From: a virus
Lineage: Duplodnaviria > Caudoviricetes
IMG/VR virus record: IMGVR_UViG_3300009506_000035
Location: 1-58,440 of that record
Strand: one strand, 5' to 3'
Length of the DNA: 58,440 nt
Every line of letters starts with the position of its first letter. Positions within the stretch are counted from its first letter, which is position 1. Below the pieces are notes generated by a model. It had not been told where the DNA came from, searched no databases, and saw nothing but the letters and a program-made list of their open reading frames with translations. Positions 48,485-56,830 of the stretch are shown in pieces. A program made the position numbers and the translations under genes.

Positions 48485-50461
48485 TTAGTTACGGCCTTGG
48501 CAGAGGGGTTCGGCTGCGATATCGAGGTCATCTTCGGGGGTGTTGTCGGGCTCGGCTATCTCTGCGAGCAGGCTTGGTTGGTTTGCCTTCATCTCCGCCA
48601 GACCCTTGATGTGAGACTGGCACTGGGCATGCAGCGGGCACAAGTCACACGCAGGTGCTGTTTCACGGCAGATTGCGACCCCGATCAGTCGGAGCGCTGC
48701 GCTGCGGAGAGGGGCGTCCTTGCCATGGCCAACCAAGCGGGCGATGTCGACGCGGCCATCGGTCAGGCGGTTGGTGCGGTGTGACTTGGTTCCGGCAACT
48801 CGGGCTGCAACCCGTACAACGCACTGGTTGGACAGCAGCACATCCCGATCGCAGAGAAGTTGCAGCAATCGCTGTTGTGCGGGTTCAAGCTTCAGCGCGT
48901 CAGCGAGATCGTCCGCATGGGCCCAGACTCGTCGAACAGTGACGAGCGGTGCGAGTTTGTCCAAGGCACGGCGACCTGCGCCTGTTTCTAGGTACGGCGC
49001 GATGGAGTCGAGGTCCCGTTGGGTCAGTCGTTCCTTGCCCTGGACTTCGGCCACGATGTTGTGAAGATTCTGTATAGGCGTTGCATGGCTGAGCAACAAG
49101 GCAACCAGCGCAGCCACAGGATTGGTCATTCGTGGTCCGGGCAGTACATACCAGCGCGATGTTCGTCGTTGCCTCTTGGCCCATTTGGCTAGCGCGTCAT
49201 GGGCATTGCTCCATCGGGTAGACGAAGCCACGCCAGTACCTGGGACGCCAGGTGTCAGCGCGGTCGCGGCGGCTCTTCCTAGCAGTGGCGGAACGGCGTT
49301 GCCGATCTGGCGGAAGGCATCGCTTCGGGTGCCCGCAAAACGGAAGCGGTCAGGGAACGTCTGTATGCGGGCGGCTTCACGCACGGTAAGGGTCCGTGGC
49401 TGTTCAGGGTGGATGTACCAGTAGCCGTCCTTTGCGATATGGGCAGTAATCGATCGACTCAGGCCGTTCCAGTCCAGCTTCTTGTATTTATCGTCGAACG
49501 TGTTGGCTGTGTATCGGCGCAGGTGACGAGGCACGTCGGTGTAGAGCATCTGCGGATGCATCAGCGTGAAGATTTCTCGGTCATCGTCGCGAACCGGGCG
49601 GGTCATATGGTCCCAGACGACCTGCTCACTCATTCCCTTCCGCATGCTCTGCATGAACGGTGACAAAGTGCGCGGCATGTGATACGGAAGCTCGCGGCCG
49701 CCGATGTCGTTGTGCTCGACGTCCAAGGACGGGAGGTCCTTGATGGCATCGGCCAGCGTGGTCGGCTCAGGATGTGGATCGGGCCAGGTGAACGCGTCCG
49801 CATCGCGGCGCCCCAGCAGGATCAGGCGCTTGCGGTGCTGGGGGACTTCGTATTGCCAGGCGTCTACAAGGTTGATCTGAGTGTGGTAGCCACGCCGCTC
49901 CAGTTGGTCAACCATCTCGCGGGCAGCCTGGAAGTCATCGCCGAGGGCCATGTCTGGCACGTTTTCCATCAGGATGGCCCGAGGATTTAGCTTGACCGCG
50001 ATGTCGAGGAATGAACGCCACAGCTCGCGCCGATGGTCATGTTCGGCCCGATGCCCGCTCTCCACGAGGCTACGTATTTTGCTGCGTCCGGCGCGGCTGA
50101 ACGGCTGGCAGGGAGGGCCACCGGCGACTAGGTCAATCTCGGCGGTGGACAGCAGCTTGATGAGTCGGCCCCGTTGGCGCACGTCACTCAGGTCGCAGGA
50201 GAGCGCCAGGCCTGGAAAGTTATGGCGGTGGGTCTCAAGCGATTTGGGATCGTTGTCGACTGACGCTGCCACCGTCCAGCCGGCCTCCTCCAGCCCCAGT
50301 GAGAGTCCGCCGGCGCCGGAGAATAGGTCCACCGCAAGCCGCTGGCCGACGGCCTTGCGCGCTGCGCACCATTCCGCGAAGGTGACCTCGGTGCAGTAAT
50401 CCGGGTGGTCGTCGAGGCGCAGGTCGTCGCTTCGTTGCAGGTTCACGCCGTACTGGACCAC
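48485..50461 (-). CDS. dcm: C5 cytosine DNA methyltransferase fused to an EndoIII/MutY-like Fe-S domain
   Basis: DLFSGAGG, GGPPCQ, ENV, QHRKR, GNAVPP; C-terminal C-x6-C-x2-C-x5-C; GTG at 50461 with GGAAAGG RBS. Confidence 0.9.
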   Translation of the reverse strand: MVQYGVNLQRSDDLRLDDHPDYCTEVTFAEWCAARKAVGQRLAVDLFSGAGGLSLGLEEAGWTVAASVDNDPKSLETHRHNFPGLALSCDLSDVRQRGRLIKLLSTAEIDLVAGGPPCQPFSRAGRSKIRSLVESGHRAEHDHRRELWRSFLDIAVKLNPRAILMENVPDMALGDDFQAAREMVDQLERRGYHTQINLVDAWQYEVPQHRKRLILLGRRDADAFTWPDPHPEPTTLADAIKDLPSLDVEHNDIGGRELPYHMPRTLSPFMQSMRKGMSEQVVWDHMTRPVRDDDREIFTLMHPQMLYTDVPRHLRRYTANTFDDKYKKLDWNGLSRSITAHIAKDGYWYIHPEQPRTLTVREAARIQTFPDRFRFAGTRSDAFRQIGNAVPPLLGRAAATALTPGVPGTGVASSTRWSNAHDALAKWAKRQRRTSRWYVLPGPRMTNPVAALVALLLSHATPIQNLHNIVAEVQGKERLTQRDLDSIAPYLETGAGRRALDKLAPLVTVRRVWAHADDLADALKLEPAQQRLLQLLCDRDVLLSNQCVVRVAARVAGTKSHRTNRLTDGRVDIARLVGHGKDAPLRSAALRLIGVAICRETAPACDLCPLHAQCQSHIKGLAEMKANQPSLLAEIAEPDNTPEDDLDIAAEPLCQGRN

Positions 50462-50474
50462 GTTGCTTGCCTTT

Positions 50475-50540
50475 CCGGAGCTGCCCGAGACCTCTTGGAT
50501 CAACGAACCGACCGAACAGCCAGAGGAGGATGCTCAGTAA
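50475..50540 (+). pseudogene. IS3 OrfB extreme C-terminal remnant
   Basis: PELPETSWINEP...* immediately before the IRR. Confidence 0.6.
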
Positions 50541-50586
50541 ATTCCGCGATCCGGTGCCTCAAACAGGTTGACACGTTCCGCACCCC

Positions 50587-50991
50587 TCAAACGATCTGGA
50601 TGGCGCCCACCTGCATCACTGGCACCTCAGGACTGTCCGTGATCTTAACCCATACAGCGTAGGTGCCGCGATCAAGCGTGACGGTGCCGCCAGGCCCGAC
50701 GAGACACTGCGCAAGGTATCTGCCGGTGCCTACGTCAGTGGTCCATGATCCGGTCTGCCAATCACCGCCCACTGGGTCGGTGCCGACGACAGGAAAGGCG
50801 AACTGTACGACGTCGCTGGTGGGATCGTAGATGACCCCGGCCGCCTTGGCTGTAACGTCGACTTGCACATAAGCCAGCGAGAGCGAGGATTGGATCAATG
50901 CCCCTCCGGGTGCTGTCATACCATCGCTGTTGACTGTCTCCCCAAAAACCCATTTCGGGTTAAGCGTACCTACCGTAAACTCGACGATCAC
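50587..50991 (-). CDS. Hypothetical Ig/BppU-like structural protein
   Basis: DW..GSW..CLVGP.G..L..GTY.VWVK.TD.PE.PV motif. Confidence 0.65.
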   Translation of the reverse strand: MIVEFTVGTLNPKWVFGETVNSDGMTAPGGALIQSSLSLAYVQVDVTAKAAGVIYDPTSDVVQFAFPVVGTDPVGGDWQTGSWTTDVGTGRYLAQCLVGPGGTVTLDRGTYAVWVKITDSPEVPVMQVGAIQIV

Positions 50992-51353
50992 GGTAGATGT
51001 CCGCCAGCGCGTAATGATGCCACTAACTCAGCCGGGTCAATGCTCTCCAGAAATGCAACCGTAGCCGCCTGCTTCTGCGCGGTGAGTCTATCTGCACGCT
51101 GTTGTACAGTCAGCCCGTCATGATCCCCTGGTCTGCACAGCCACTGGATAGGATCCCCACCGACGGCGACTGCCATATGTGGCTGGGCCGGACCATCCGC
51201 AGCGTCAGGATGGGCCGCACGTGCACAGGCCAGGGGCCCATGGCATCCCTCGTCGCACACCTTTCCACACGCACGCGCACCACTCGCCACATTGGCCTGC
51301 TCCGCCTGGATCTGGGCAAGTAGTTCATCGCGCCGTGTGGAGGGTGCAGTCAT
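50988..51353 (-). CDS. Hypothetical Cys/His protein
   Basis: Coupled ORF with RBS. Confidence 0.55.
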   Translation of the reverse strand: MTAPSTRRDELLAQIQAEQANVASGARACGKVCDEGCHGPLACARAAHPDAADGPAQPHMAVAVGGDPIQWLCRPGDHDGLTVQQRADRLTAQKQAATVAFLESIDPAELVASLRAGGHLP

Positions 51354-51645
51354 TGCCCAACCCTTCCGTCTTGTCCGTCCTGTAGGGATCTTGTACTCGG
51401 AGAGTCGCTGTGCGCTGGTCGTCGACCAGCGCGCAAATGAGCACTCCGGCATCGGCAAGGTCGATCGACTCGTAAACCACATGCCCGCCGACCACTATGC
51501 GGTTTTGCGGCGTCACCGCATAGTGCGGGTTGGCGGCCACAGTCCAGAGGCTGATGCGTGTTGCCGGGGGTGCCTCGATGACTCTGCCTGCAGAGTCGAT
51601 GTAGATGTCGCCGAATGCGACACCGGCAGAGTTGAGTGTTGGCAT
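51325..51645 (-). CDS. Hypothetical protein
   Basis: ORF in the operon. Confidence 0.5.
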   Translation of the reverse strand: MPTLNSAGVAFGDIYIDSAGRVIEAPPATRISLWTVAANPHYAVTPQNRIVVGGHVVYESIDLADAGVLICALVDDQRTATLRVQDPYRTDKTEGLGNDCTLHTAR

Positions 51646-51693
51646 GGTGTGGTGGGCATAGTGGTGCTGTTGGCAGTTGATGTTACACCTTTG

Positions 51694-51930
51694 TCAGGTG
51701 TGATCAACCGGGGTGCTGGCGTGTTTTTCGAGCTCACGCAAATCGAACAGGACGCGAATGCGTCCGGTCGGGTCGACGATGGGGTGTCTGGTGACGTGGC
51801 CCCGGTTGGCCCACTGGCGGATCTTGCCTGCCCACCGCCGGATTTCATCGGGGGTGGGGTCCGGGCGGGCATGGATTCGCGCGAGGTGCCCGGCGGCGGC
51901 TTGCGCATCTACTAGGACGGGCTTGATCAC
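51694..51930 (-). CDS. Small HTH DNA-binding protein (possible late regulator)
   Basis: LVD..AA...IRQWANRG.V......LFDL.E pattern. Confidence 0.6.
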   Translation of the reverse strand: MIKPVLVDAQAAAGHLARIHARPDPTPDEIRRWAGKIRQWANRGHVTRHPIVDPTGRIRVLFDLRELEKHASTPVDHT

Positions 51931-51953
51931 GTGTCCAGGATACAAAGACGCAC

Positions 51954-51981
51954 GTAACACGCGGCGTGGTACGCTAGGGGT
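51954..51981 (+). promoter_or_regulatory. Leaderless promoter with operator
   Basis: GTAACACG-CGG-CGTGGTAC; TACGCT-6-ATG. Confidence 0.7.
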
Positions 51982-52176
51982 ATGGAATTCGCGGAATTCA
52001 TGACAGAAATGATCAAACAGGGTCTTGGGCAATGCCCCACATGCCGGCGTTGGCGACAGGTACGCAAGACCGGCGTGATACGGCAACACCGCCCACCTCG
52101 CGACTCGCGCCCATCGGTCTACATGCCAACCTGTGCCGGATCCGGACAACAGCCTTACCACGAGACAAACGCATGA
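51982..52176 (+). CDS. Small Zn-binding protein
   Basis: GQCPTC..G.IR.H...C.GSG motif. Confidence 0.65.
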   Translation: MEFAEFMTEMIKQGLGQCPTCRRWRQVRKTGVIRQHRPPRDSRPSVYMPTCAGSGQQPYHETNA

Positions 52177-52616
52177 CCACCCTCATCGTCTACCGCGGCC
52201 TGCCGGCAAGCGGCAAAACCACCGCAGCCAAATTGTGGGTAGCCGCCGACCCAGCCAACCGCGCCAGAGTCAACCGTGACGACCTGCGCGCAATGTTCCA
52301 CGATTCAACCTGGCTTGGCCGCGTCACCGAGCAACACGTCGTTGCCGCCCGTGACGCGTTGATCACGCTACTGCTCGCACGTGGTGTGGACGTAGCCAAC
52401 GATGACACCAACCTGCCCTCGCACACCGTACAGAGTCTTCAGCAACTCGCGGCCACAGCTGGCGCTATGATCGAAATAGTGGATCTCACCAACGTGCCAG
52501 TCGAACTGTGTGTCATGCGCGACATCCACCGCGCGCGCACTGTCGGCTCGAGGGTGATCTGGGACTTCTGGGATAAACACCTGCGCAACGAGCCCTCGCC
52601 GCTGCCTATCCCCTGA
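52173..52616 (+). CDS. Polynucleotide kinase (AAA_33), kinase domain only
   Basis: RGLPASGKT, RVNRDDLR, DDTNL, VPVELC..RD..R. Confidence 0.88.
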   Translation: MTTLIVYRGLPASGKTTAAKLWVAADPANRARVNRDDLRAMFHDSTWLGRVTEQHVVAARDALITLLLARGVDVANDDTNLPSHTVQSLQQLAATAGAMIEIVDLTNVPVELCVMRDIHRARTVGSRVIWDFWDKHLRNEPSPLPIP

Positions 52617-52620
52617 GCAT

Positions 52621-52654
52621 GTGGGGGGTTGGTGTCGCCACACCAACCCCCCAC
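52621..52654. terminator. 15-bp hairpin between convergent genes
   Basis: GTGGGGGGTTGGTGT/ACACCAACCCCCCAC. Confidence 0.65.
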
Positions 52655-52733
52655 GCCCATGTCACCGGCGTCACCCTGGATGACACCAACCGCATCCCCT
52701 GGAGATGCGTGTGACTCTCACGGTACCAGCCCC

Positions 52734-53198
52734 TCAAAGCTCCTCAACCGCTAGGCGCACCTGTGTCGTGATCGTCTGCGGTACGCGCCCAGCAACACGC
52801 ACCAAGATTCGCCCATGGAGGTAGTCACTCTCGGTGCCAAGAATCGGATCGGCAACCAGCAGCGCCATGATGTAGTCCCGTCGCGCTGCGGCATCGGTCG
52901 CGCTGTCGAACACCTCGACAACACCACCGCGGTCGACGTGGCCCGGCGGTGCTGATGTATCGCCGCTAGGCAAGTCAAAGCTGACGCGTGACGTGTATTG
53001 GCTCGGCCGGCCAAGGAGATGGTTAGGGTCGGTGCTGCTGGTCTGCACGAATGTGTTTGTCGCTGGTATGCCAGCATCAACGAGTTTGGCGAGGACAGCT
53101 CTGGCATCCAGGTGCGGGTCTGTGTGGGAAGAGCATGCGGACCCGATGAGCATGAATGTGATGAGCATGAACGCGATGAGTGTGCGGCTTGTGAACAC
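52734..53198 (-). CDS. Lipoprotein
   Basis: GSAC lipobox; DPNHLLGRP.QYTS, GGVVEVF motifs. Confidence 0.75.
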   Translation of the reverse strand: MFTSRTLIAFMLITFMLIGSACSSHTDPHLDARAVLAKLVDAGIPATNTFVQTSSTDPNHLLGRPSQYTSRVSFDLPSGDTSAPPGHVDRGGVVEVFDSATDAAARRDYIMALLVADPILGTESDYLHGRILVRVAGRVPQTITTQVRLAVEEL

Positions 53199-53558
53199 GT
53201 CGGGATCTTACCTAGGTGGTGCTGTCGGTGTGCTTTAGGAGGGGTCGATGGCATCGGTAGGCGAGTTCGCGCAGGGCTTTTGCCGTCACGGGGTGAGTTT
53301 CGAAAAACCGCAGATCAGGATCCGGGGAAATATTGCCAGGATGATCGGCTATGGCGTTCAACATAGTCACTTCTTCCTAGTAGCCCGCCCCGGGGTGACT
53401 CGGTGCGGTTGGTCGAAGCCCGGGGCGGGGGCTGGGGATTTGTGGCGTTGCGCCAGCTACTTCTTCGGCGGTGGCGGTGTTGGCGGCTTCCCAGGCATCG
53501 TTTCCTCCAAATGTCTCCACTTGTCTACCGACGTCAGTCTACAGACATGCACGTCCGT

Positions 53559-54338
53559 TTATGCCCACGCCTGTCGGTCCGCCGACGTCCCCCACACGTC
53601 ACGCATGCGCTGCGCCAGCCACAGCAGGCCGCTCTCATCGGTTACTGTGCCGCACTCGGGACAACGGACCTCGCCTACGCCATAGCGGACGAGGCGTGCC
53701 CCGCAAGGGACGCTGTCGTCTGCGGTCTCCGGACATCGACCGAGATAGGTGGAACGGTTGCCGAGTGTGGCGCGAAGCGTTGCGGCCAGCCTCGCTAGGC
53801 CGGCCACGAAGTAGCTCATGTCCTGGTAGATGGTCCACGCGTAGTCAAGCCAGTCTCTGAGGTATGTCGCGTCAACTGCTACGCGGTGGGGGATGCGGTA
53901 GTGGCCGAATCGGGCGATCCAGCGTGCTGTGACAGGGTCGTCTGCGGGGAGGCTGCTGGTTGTTGGCTGGTGGCCGTCGGTGGTGAGGCTGGGCTGGTGG
54001 TGGTTGTTGCGGCGGCGCCAGACCGCGGCCCACGAAATGATCCATATTGGAATGGACGCGTCGTAGGTGGGTGGTGTGGGGTGAGTGATGACGCGGATGA
54101 TCGCGACAGGTGTGGTGGCGGTGAGGGAAAGCGCGTGGATGGATAGGGGCGGGCGAGATGTGAAGGTGCCGCCGCTGACGTATTCGCTGATGCCCGTAGG
54201 TGGGTTGAGTGGTGCTTGGGCTATGTCGGCGAGTTGGGTGGTGAGGCTGGCGAGCCGCGTAGCCGTTTTTGTGCGGCATGCGTGGCATATGCCGTCGCTG
54301 TCTGTTTGCCGGTGCTGGCAGGTTGGGCATCGTGCCAT
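53559..54338 (-). CDS. Zn-finger phage protein
   Basis: CPTC..CHAC N-terminus; GRCP..CGARL..CPECG C-terminus. Confidence 0.7.
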   Translation of the reverse strand: MARCPTCQHRQTDSDGICHACRTKTATRLASLTTQLADIAQAPLNPPTGISEYVSGGTFTSRPPLSIHALSLTATTPVAIIRVITHPTPPTYDASIPIWIISWAAVWRRRNNHHQPSLTTDGHQPTTSSLPADDPVTARWIARFGHYRIPHRVAVDATYLRDWLDYAWTIYQDMSYFVAGLARLAATLRATLGNRSTYLGRCPETADDSVPCGARLVRYGVGEVRCPECGTVTDESGLLWLAQRMRDVWGTSADRQAWA

Positions 54339-54368
54339 GGGCGAGTCCCTGCGGCTGGTTTTGGACGT

Positions 54369-54506
54369 TTACCTGATCATAACTGTGTAAATGCCGATGG
54401 CGACGGCGAGTACTCCGATGGCGATGATGCCTAGGCCGCCTAGGACGCCTCCGATCACTTCGCTGACTGTTGTGCCGGTTTGTCTACGTTTGGTGTGTCG
54501 TGGCAT
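54369..54506 (-). CDS. 45-aa single-TM protein (not in ORF track)
   Basis: AAGGAGG RBS; MPRHTKRR...VIGGVLGGLGIIAIGVLAVAIGIYTVMIR. Confidence 0.65.
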   Translation of the reverse strand: MPRHTKRRQTGTTVSEVIGGVLGGLGIIAIGVLAVAIGIYTVMIR

Positions 54507-54525
54507 GGTATTCCTCCTTGCTCTT

Positions 54526-54553
54526 GTGACACATCGCGTGTTACGCTGTTGTC
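54526..54553 (+). promoter_or_regulatory. Leaderless promoter with operator
   Basis: GTGACACA-TCG-CGTGTTAC; TACGCT-6-ATG. Confidence 0.7.
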
Positions 54554-54808
54554 ATGGCCAACCACCACGTGCTTCCCGTCGACGGCGCCATCACCTGGAC
54601 ATCCCCCGATGGTCGCACCCACATCGAAGTTCGCCGCATCCGCGAGTCCGTGTGGCGCGTCAACGTGCTACACGGCACGGTTGCCCGAATCCTCGACGAG
54701 GAGCTTAGCGGCTCATGGGACAGCGAGCAGGTCGCGCGTAGCGCCGCACGACTCTACGCGACCCTGGCCCGCGACGAATGCCGCGCCGCCAGGGGCGTGG
54801 ACGCGTGA
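54554..54808 (+). CDS. Hypothetical protein
   Basis: Leaderless start; coupled to the next ORF. Confidence 0.6.
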   Translation: MANHHVLPVDGAITWTSPDGRTHIEVRRIRESVWRVNVLHGTVARILDEELSGSWDSEQVARSAARLYATLARDECRAARGVDA

Positions 54809-55053
54809 ACGTCCTATCGTTGTTTGCTGGCATCGGCGGGCTTGACCTCGGCCTGCAGCGGGCCGGGATGACCGTGAGGCTGGACGGATCTGGAGGACCG
54901 TGGGTAGCCGAGTGGCCAGACACGCCGCGGACATCCGCCAATACTCCGGACCGCGCAGATCGGTTGCGCGGACTCGGGAACGCTGTCGTGCCGCAGGTTG
55001 CCGAACACATCGGAAAGCTGATCATGAAAATGAAAGGGGACGGTCATGCTTGA
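54805..55053 (+). pseudogene. Internally deleted C5 DNA methyltransferase
   Basis: Motif I SLFAGIGG joined in frame to motif X RLRGLGNAVVPQ; PC catalytic motif absent. Confidence 0.85.
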
Positions 55054-55315
55054 ATGGGCAGCCAACTGGTACGCAACCCGGAAGCACCTGACAGAGAATT
55101 TGGGGTCACAGCCAGCGCCAACCAGCGGGGGTCGCGCTGGTGAGTCACTCTGCCGCTCCGCTGGCATGCACGTAGGCGTGTGTGACCAAGAGGCGATCAC
55201 CGTGCTTGAAGAACTGTGGGGATCATCGCGGAAACGGCACGTTGTGACGGAACTGCAGCCGTGCCAATTGTGCCTCCGCGCCGCACGAAAAGCTGGGCTG
55301 ACTATTCCTAAATAG
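55046..55315 (+). CDS. Hypothetical protein
   Basis: Coupled ORF; H..C..CQLC. Confidence 0.55.
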   Translation: MLEWAANWYATRKHLTENLGSQPAPTSGGRAGESLCRSAGMHVGVCDQEAITVLEELWGSSRKRHVVTELQPCQLCLRAARKAGLTIPK

Positions 55316-55331
55316 GAGGCAACGGCCCAGT

Positions 55332-55370
55332 TGCGGGGGTTACCACAGATGTGGTAACCCCCGCATTTTT
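55332..55370 (+). terminator. Intrinsic terminator
   Basis: TGCGGGGGTTACCACA/TGTGGTAACCCCCGCA followed by T5. Confidence 0.8.
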
Positions 55371-55373
55371 GGC

Positions 55374-55982
55374 TCAGGCAAGCAATTCCCGCATCGCGTT
55401 GGTGTAGGCGGTCAGGCCGGCTGGGGTGTCCTGGTCGTGGTCGGTCTCTGTGCACCACTCCTTGATGTGCGGATCGGATCCGATGGGCCGCAATAACACC
55501 AGCCGGTCCTCGTAGTCACGCACTCTGGCGTTTACATCGTGCAGGAGCGCGGCAAACTGCCGGTCAGCGTCGGTGTTCTCGGCAAGCGCAGTCTCCAGCG
55601 CGGCGATCTGTTCCAGGATACTTCTGGCAAGCTCACTGGTGGCCCGGTTTTCGCGGCCGGCGGTGAGTGTCTCCTCGATGGATGCCTGTTTTGGTTGGGA
55701 TGCCCAGCGGCCTCGCGCGTCGCGGCGGGGTGGGGGTGTCTGCGCTTCCGCATCCCCTGATTCTGGCGTGTTAGTCATTGACCACGGCCAGTAGTCCGGT
55801 TCTGCCCGCATTTTGGCGGCAACATCTTTGGCGGCGCTGTGGTGGTCTAGCACTTCTGCGCGGCTGAGTGTGGCTTCAACATCCTCAATGCGGAAGCCTT
55901 GGGTTTCCGCGATCGCTTCGGGGGTGTTTCTGCGTCCGTGGGCCGCGATGACGTTGATGATGTTTTCGCGGTTTGGGTCCAT
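55374..55982 (-). CDS. Hypothetical protein (HTH-like N-terminus, RDARGRW motif, coiled coil)
   Basis: GAGG RBS; ORF pattern. Confidence 0.6.
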   Translation of the reverse strand: MDPNRENIINVIAAHGRRNTPEAIAETQGFRIEDVEATLSRAEVLDHHSAAKDVAAKMRAEPDYWPWSMTNTPESGDAEAQTPPPRRDARGRWASQPKQASIEETLTAGRENRATSELARSILEQIAALETALAENTDADRQFAALLHDVNARVRDYEDRLVLLRPIGSDPHIKEWCTETDHDQDTPAGLTAYTNAMRELLA

Positions 55983-56009
55983 TGCTTTCTTGGTTTCCTC
56001 TCTTTTGCC

Positions 56010-56037
56010 GTAACACGCTCCGTGTTACGCTTTACAT
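56010..56037 (+). promoter_or_regulatory. Leaderless promoter with perfect operator
   Basis: GTAACACG-CTC-CGTGTTAC; TACGCT-6-GTG. Confidence 0.72.
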
Positions 56038-56250
56038 GTGACGACCTGCGAACAACTTGGATGCCTCCCCACATCCCACACCGTCAACAGCAACGGCATC
56101 ACCTCCGGATGCCCCGAATGCGCCAATGGCTGGCGCTGGATCCCCACCGAGAGTGCAACGATCACCATGCGGCACGACCGTGTTCCCTGCTGGCACTGCA
56201 ACCCCAGCGGACGGCACGCGGTGCCCGCAGCGGCCTTCCCGTCCGCTTAG
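56038..56250 (+). CDS. Small Zn-binding protein
   Basis: CPEC.NGW...PCWHCNP. Confidence 0.6.
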   Translation: MTTCEQLGCLPTSHTVNSNGITSGCPECANGWRWIPTESATITMRHDRVPCWHCNPSGRHAVPAAAFPSA

Positions 56251-56396
56251 GTGATGGTCGGCGGCGCGGCAATCATAGGCATTGCTGCGCCGCCGTAGCT
56301 GGTCATAACCCCTCCTCTGTCTGCGCGGGTAGCATGTCCTGTCCTATAGCAGTAGCGGCTGGGCGGCGTCGGGATCCTATACAATGTCGACGTTCA

Positions 56397-56612
56397 TCAG
56401 TCCGCCTTCCATCGCAGCCGACCACTCTGGTCGCGTACGCAGGTCATTGGCTGGCCGTTGACGGTACTGACCGCCCTACTTCCGATAGGTCCGCAGAATG
56501 ATCCTGGATGGCGGACGTCTAATGTTGCCGATATACTGGGCTTGGTGGCCGGATCGCAGGCAGTCAAGGCAAGTAGCGCCGTAGCGCCAAGAATGAGATG
56601 ACGAGCGCTCAT
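56397..56612 (-). CDS. Small lipoprotein
   Basis: LTAC lipobox; HPGSFC...G..M.C....GRLRW. Confidence 0.7.
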   Translation of the reverse strand: MSARHLILGATALLALTACDPATKPSISATLDVRHPGSFCGPIGSRAVSTVNGQPMTCVRDQSGRLRWKAD

Positions 56613-56803
56613 CGTCCCTCCGCCTTCCCTCCAAGCAAACGGCGTATCTCGGACTTGCGATAGCGGCGGTGCCCGCCGAGAGTGCGGATCGCACTCAACC
56701 TGCCAGTCTTGGCCCACCTGGTCACCGTCTTGGGGTCGACGCGGAACATCGACGCGACCTCTTTCGGGGTGAGTAGTGGCTTGGGGGCTTGTTGAATCTG
56801 CAT
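56609..56803 (-). CDS. bldC: BldC-family MerR-like developmental regulator
   Basis: LLTP.EVA.MFRVDPKTVTRWAK.G.L..IRTLGGHRRYR signature. Confidence 0.9.
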   Translation of the reverse strand: MQIQQAPKPLLTPKEVASMFRVDPKTVTRWAKTGRLSAIRTLGGHRRYRKSEIRRLLGGKAEGR

Positions 56804-56830
56804 CTCTTCATCCCTTCCGTCCTGTTTGCG

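Larger units (their letters stand above)
46814..50580. mobile_element. Non-autonomous IS3-derived cargo transposon
   Basis: IRL TGTCAACCTGGTGTGAGGCACC 46816-46837; IRR GGTGCCTCAAACAGGTTGACA 50553-50573; direct repeat CGCACCCCTC at 46804 and 50579. Confidence 0.82.

Noticed and set aside
50462-50503. ORF-track start of the methyltransferase at 50503
   Set aside because: Lies in the antisense IS3 OrfB remnant; the GTG at 50461 has an RBS
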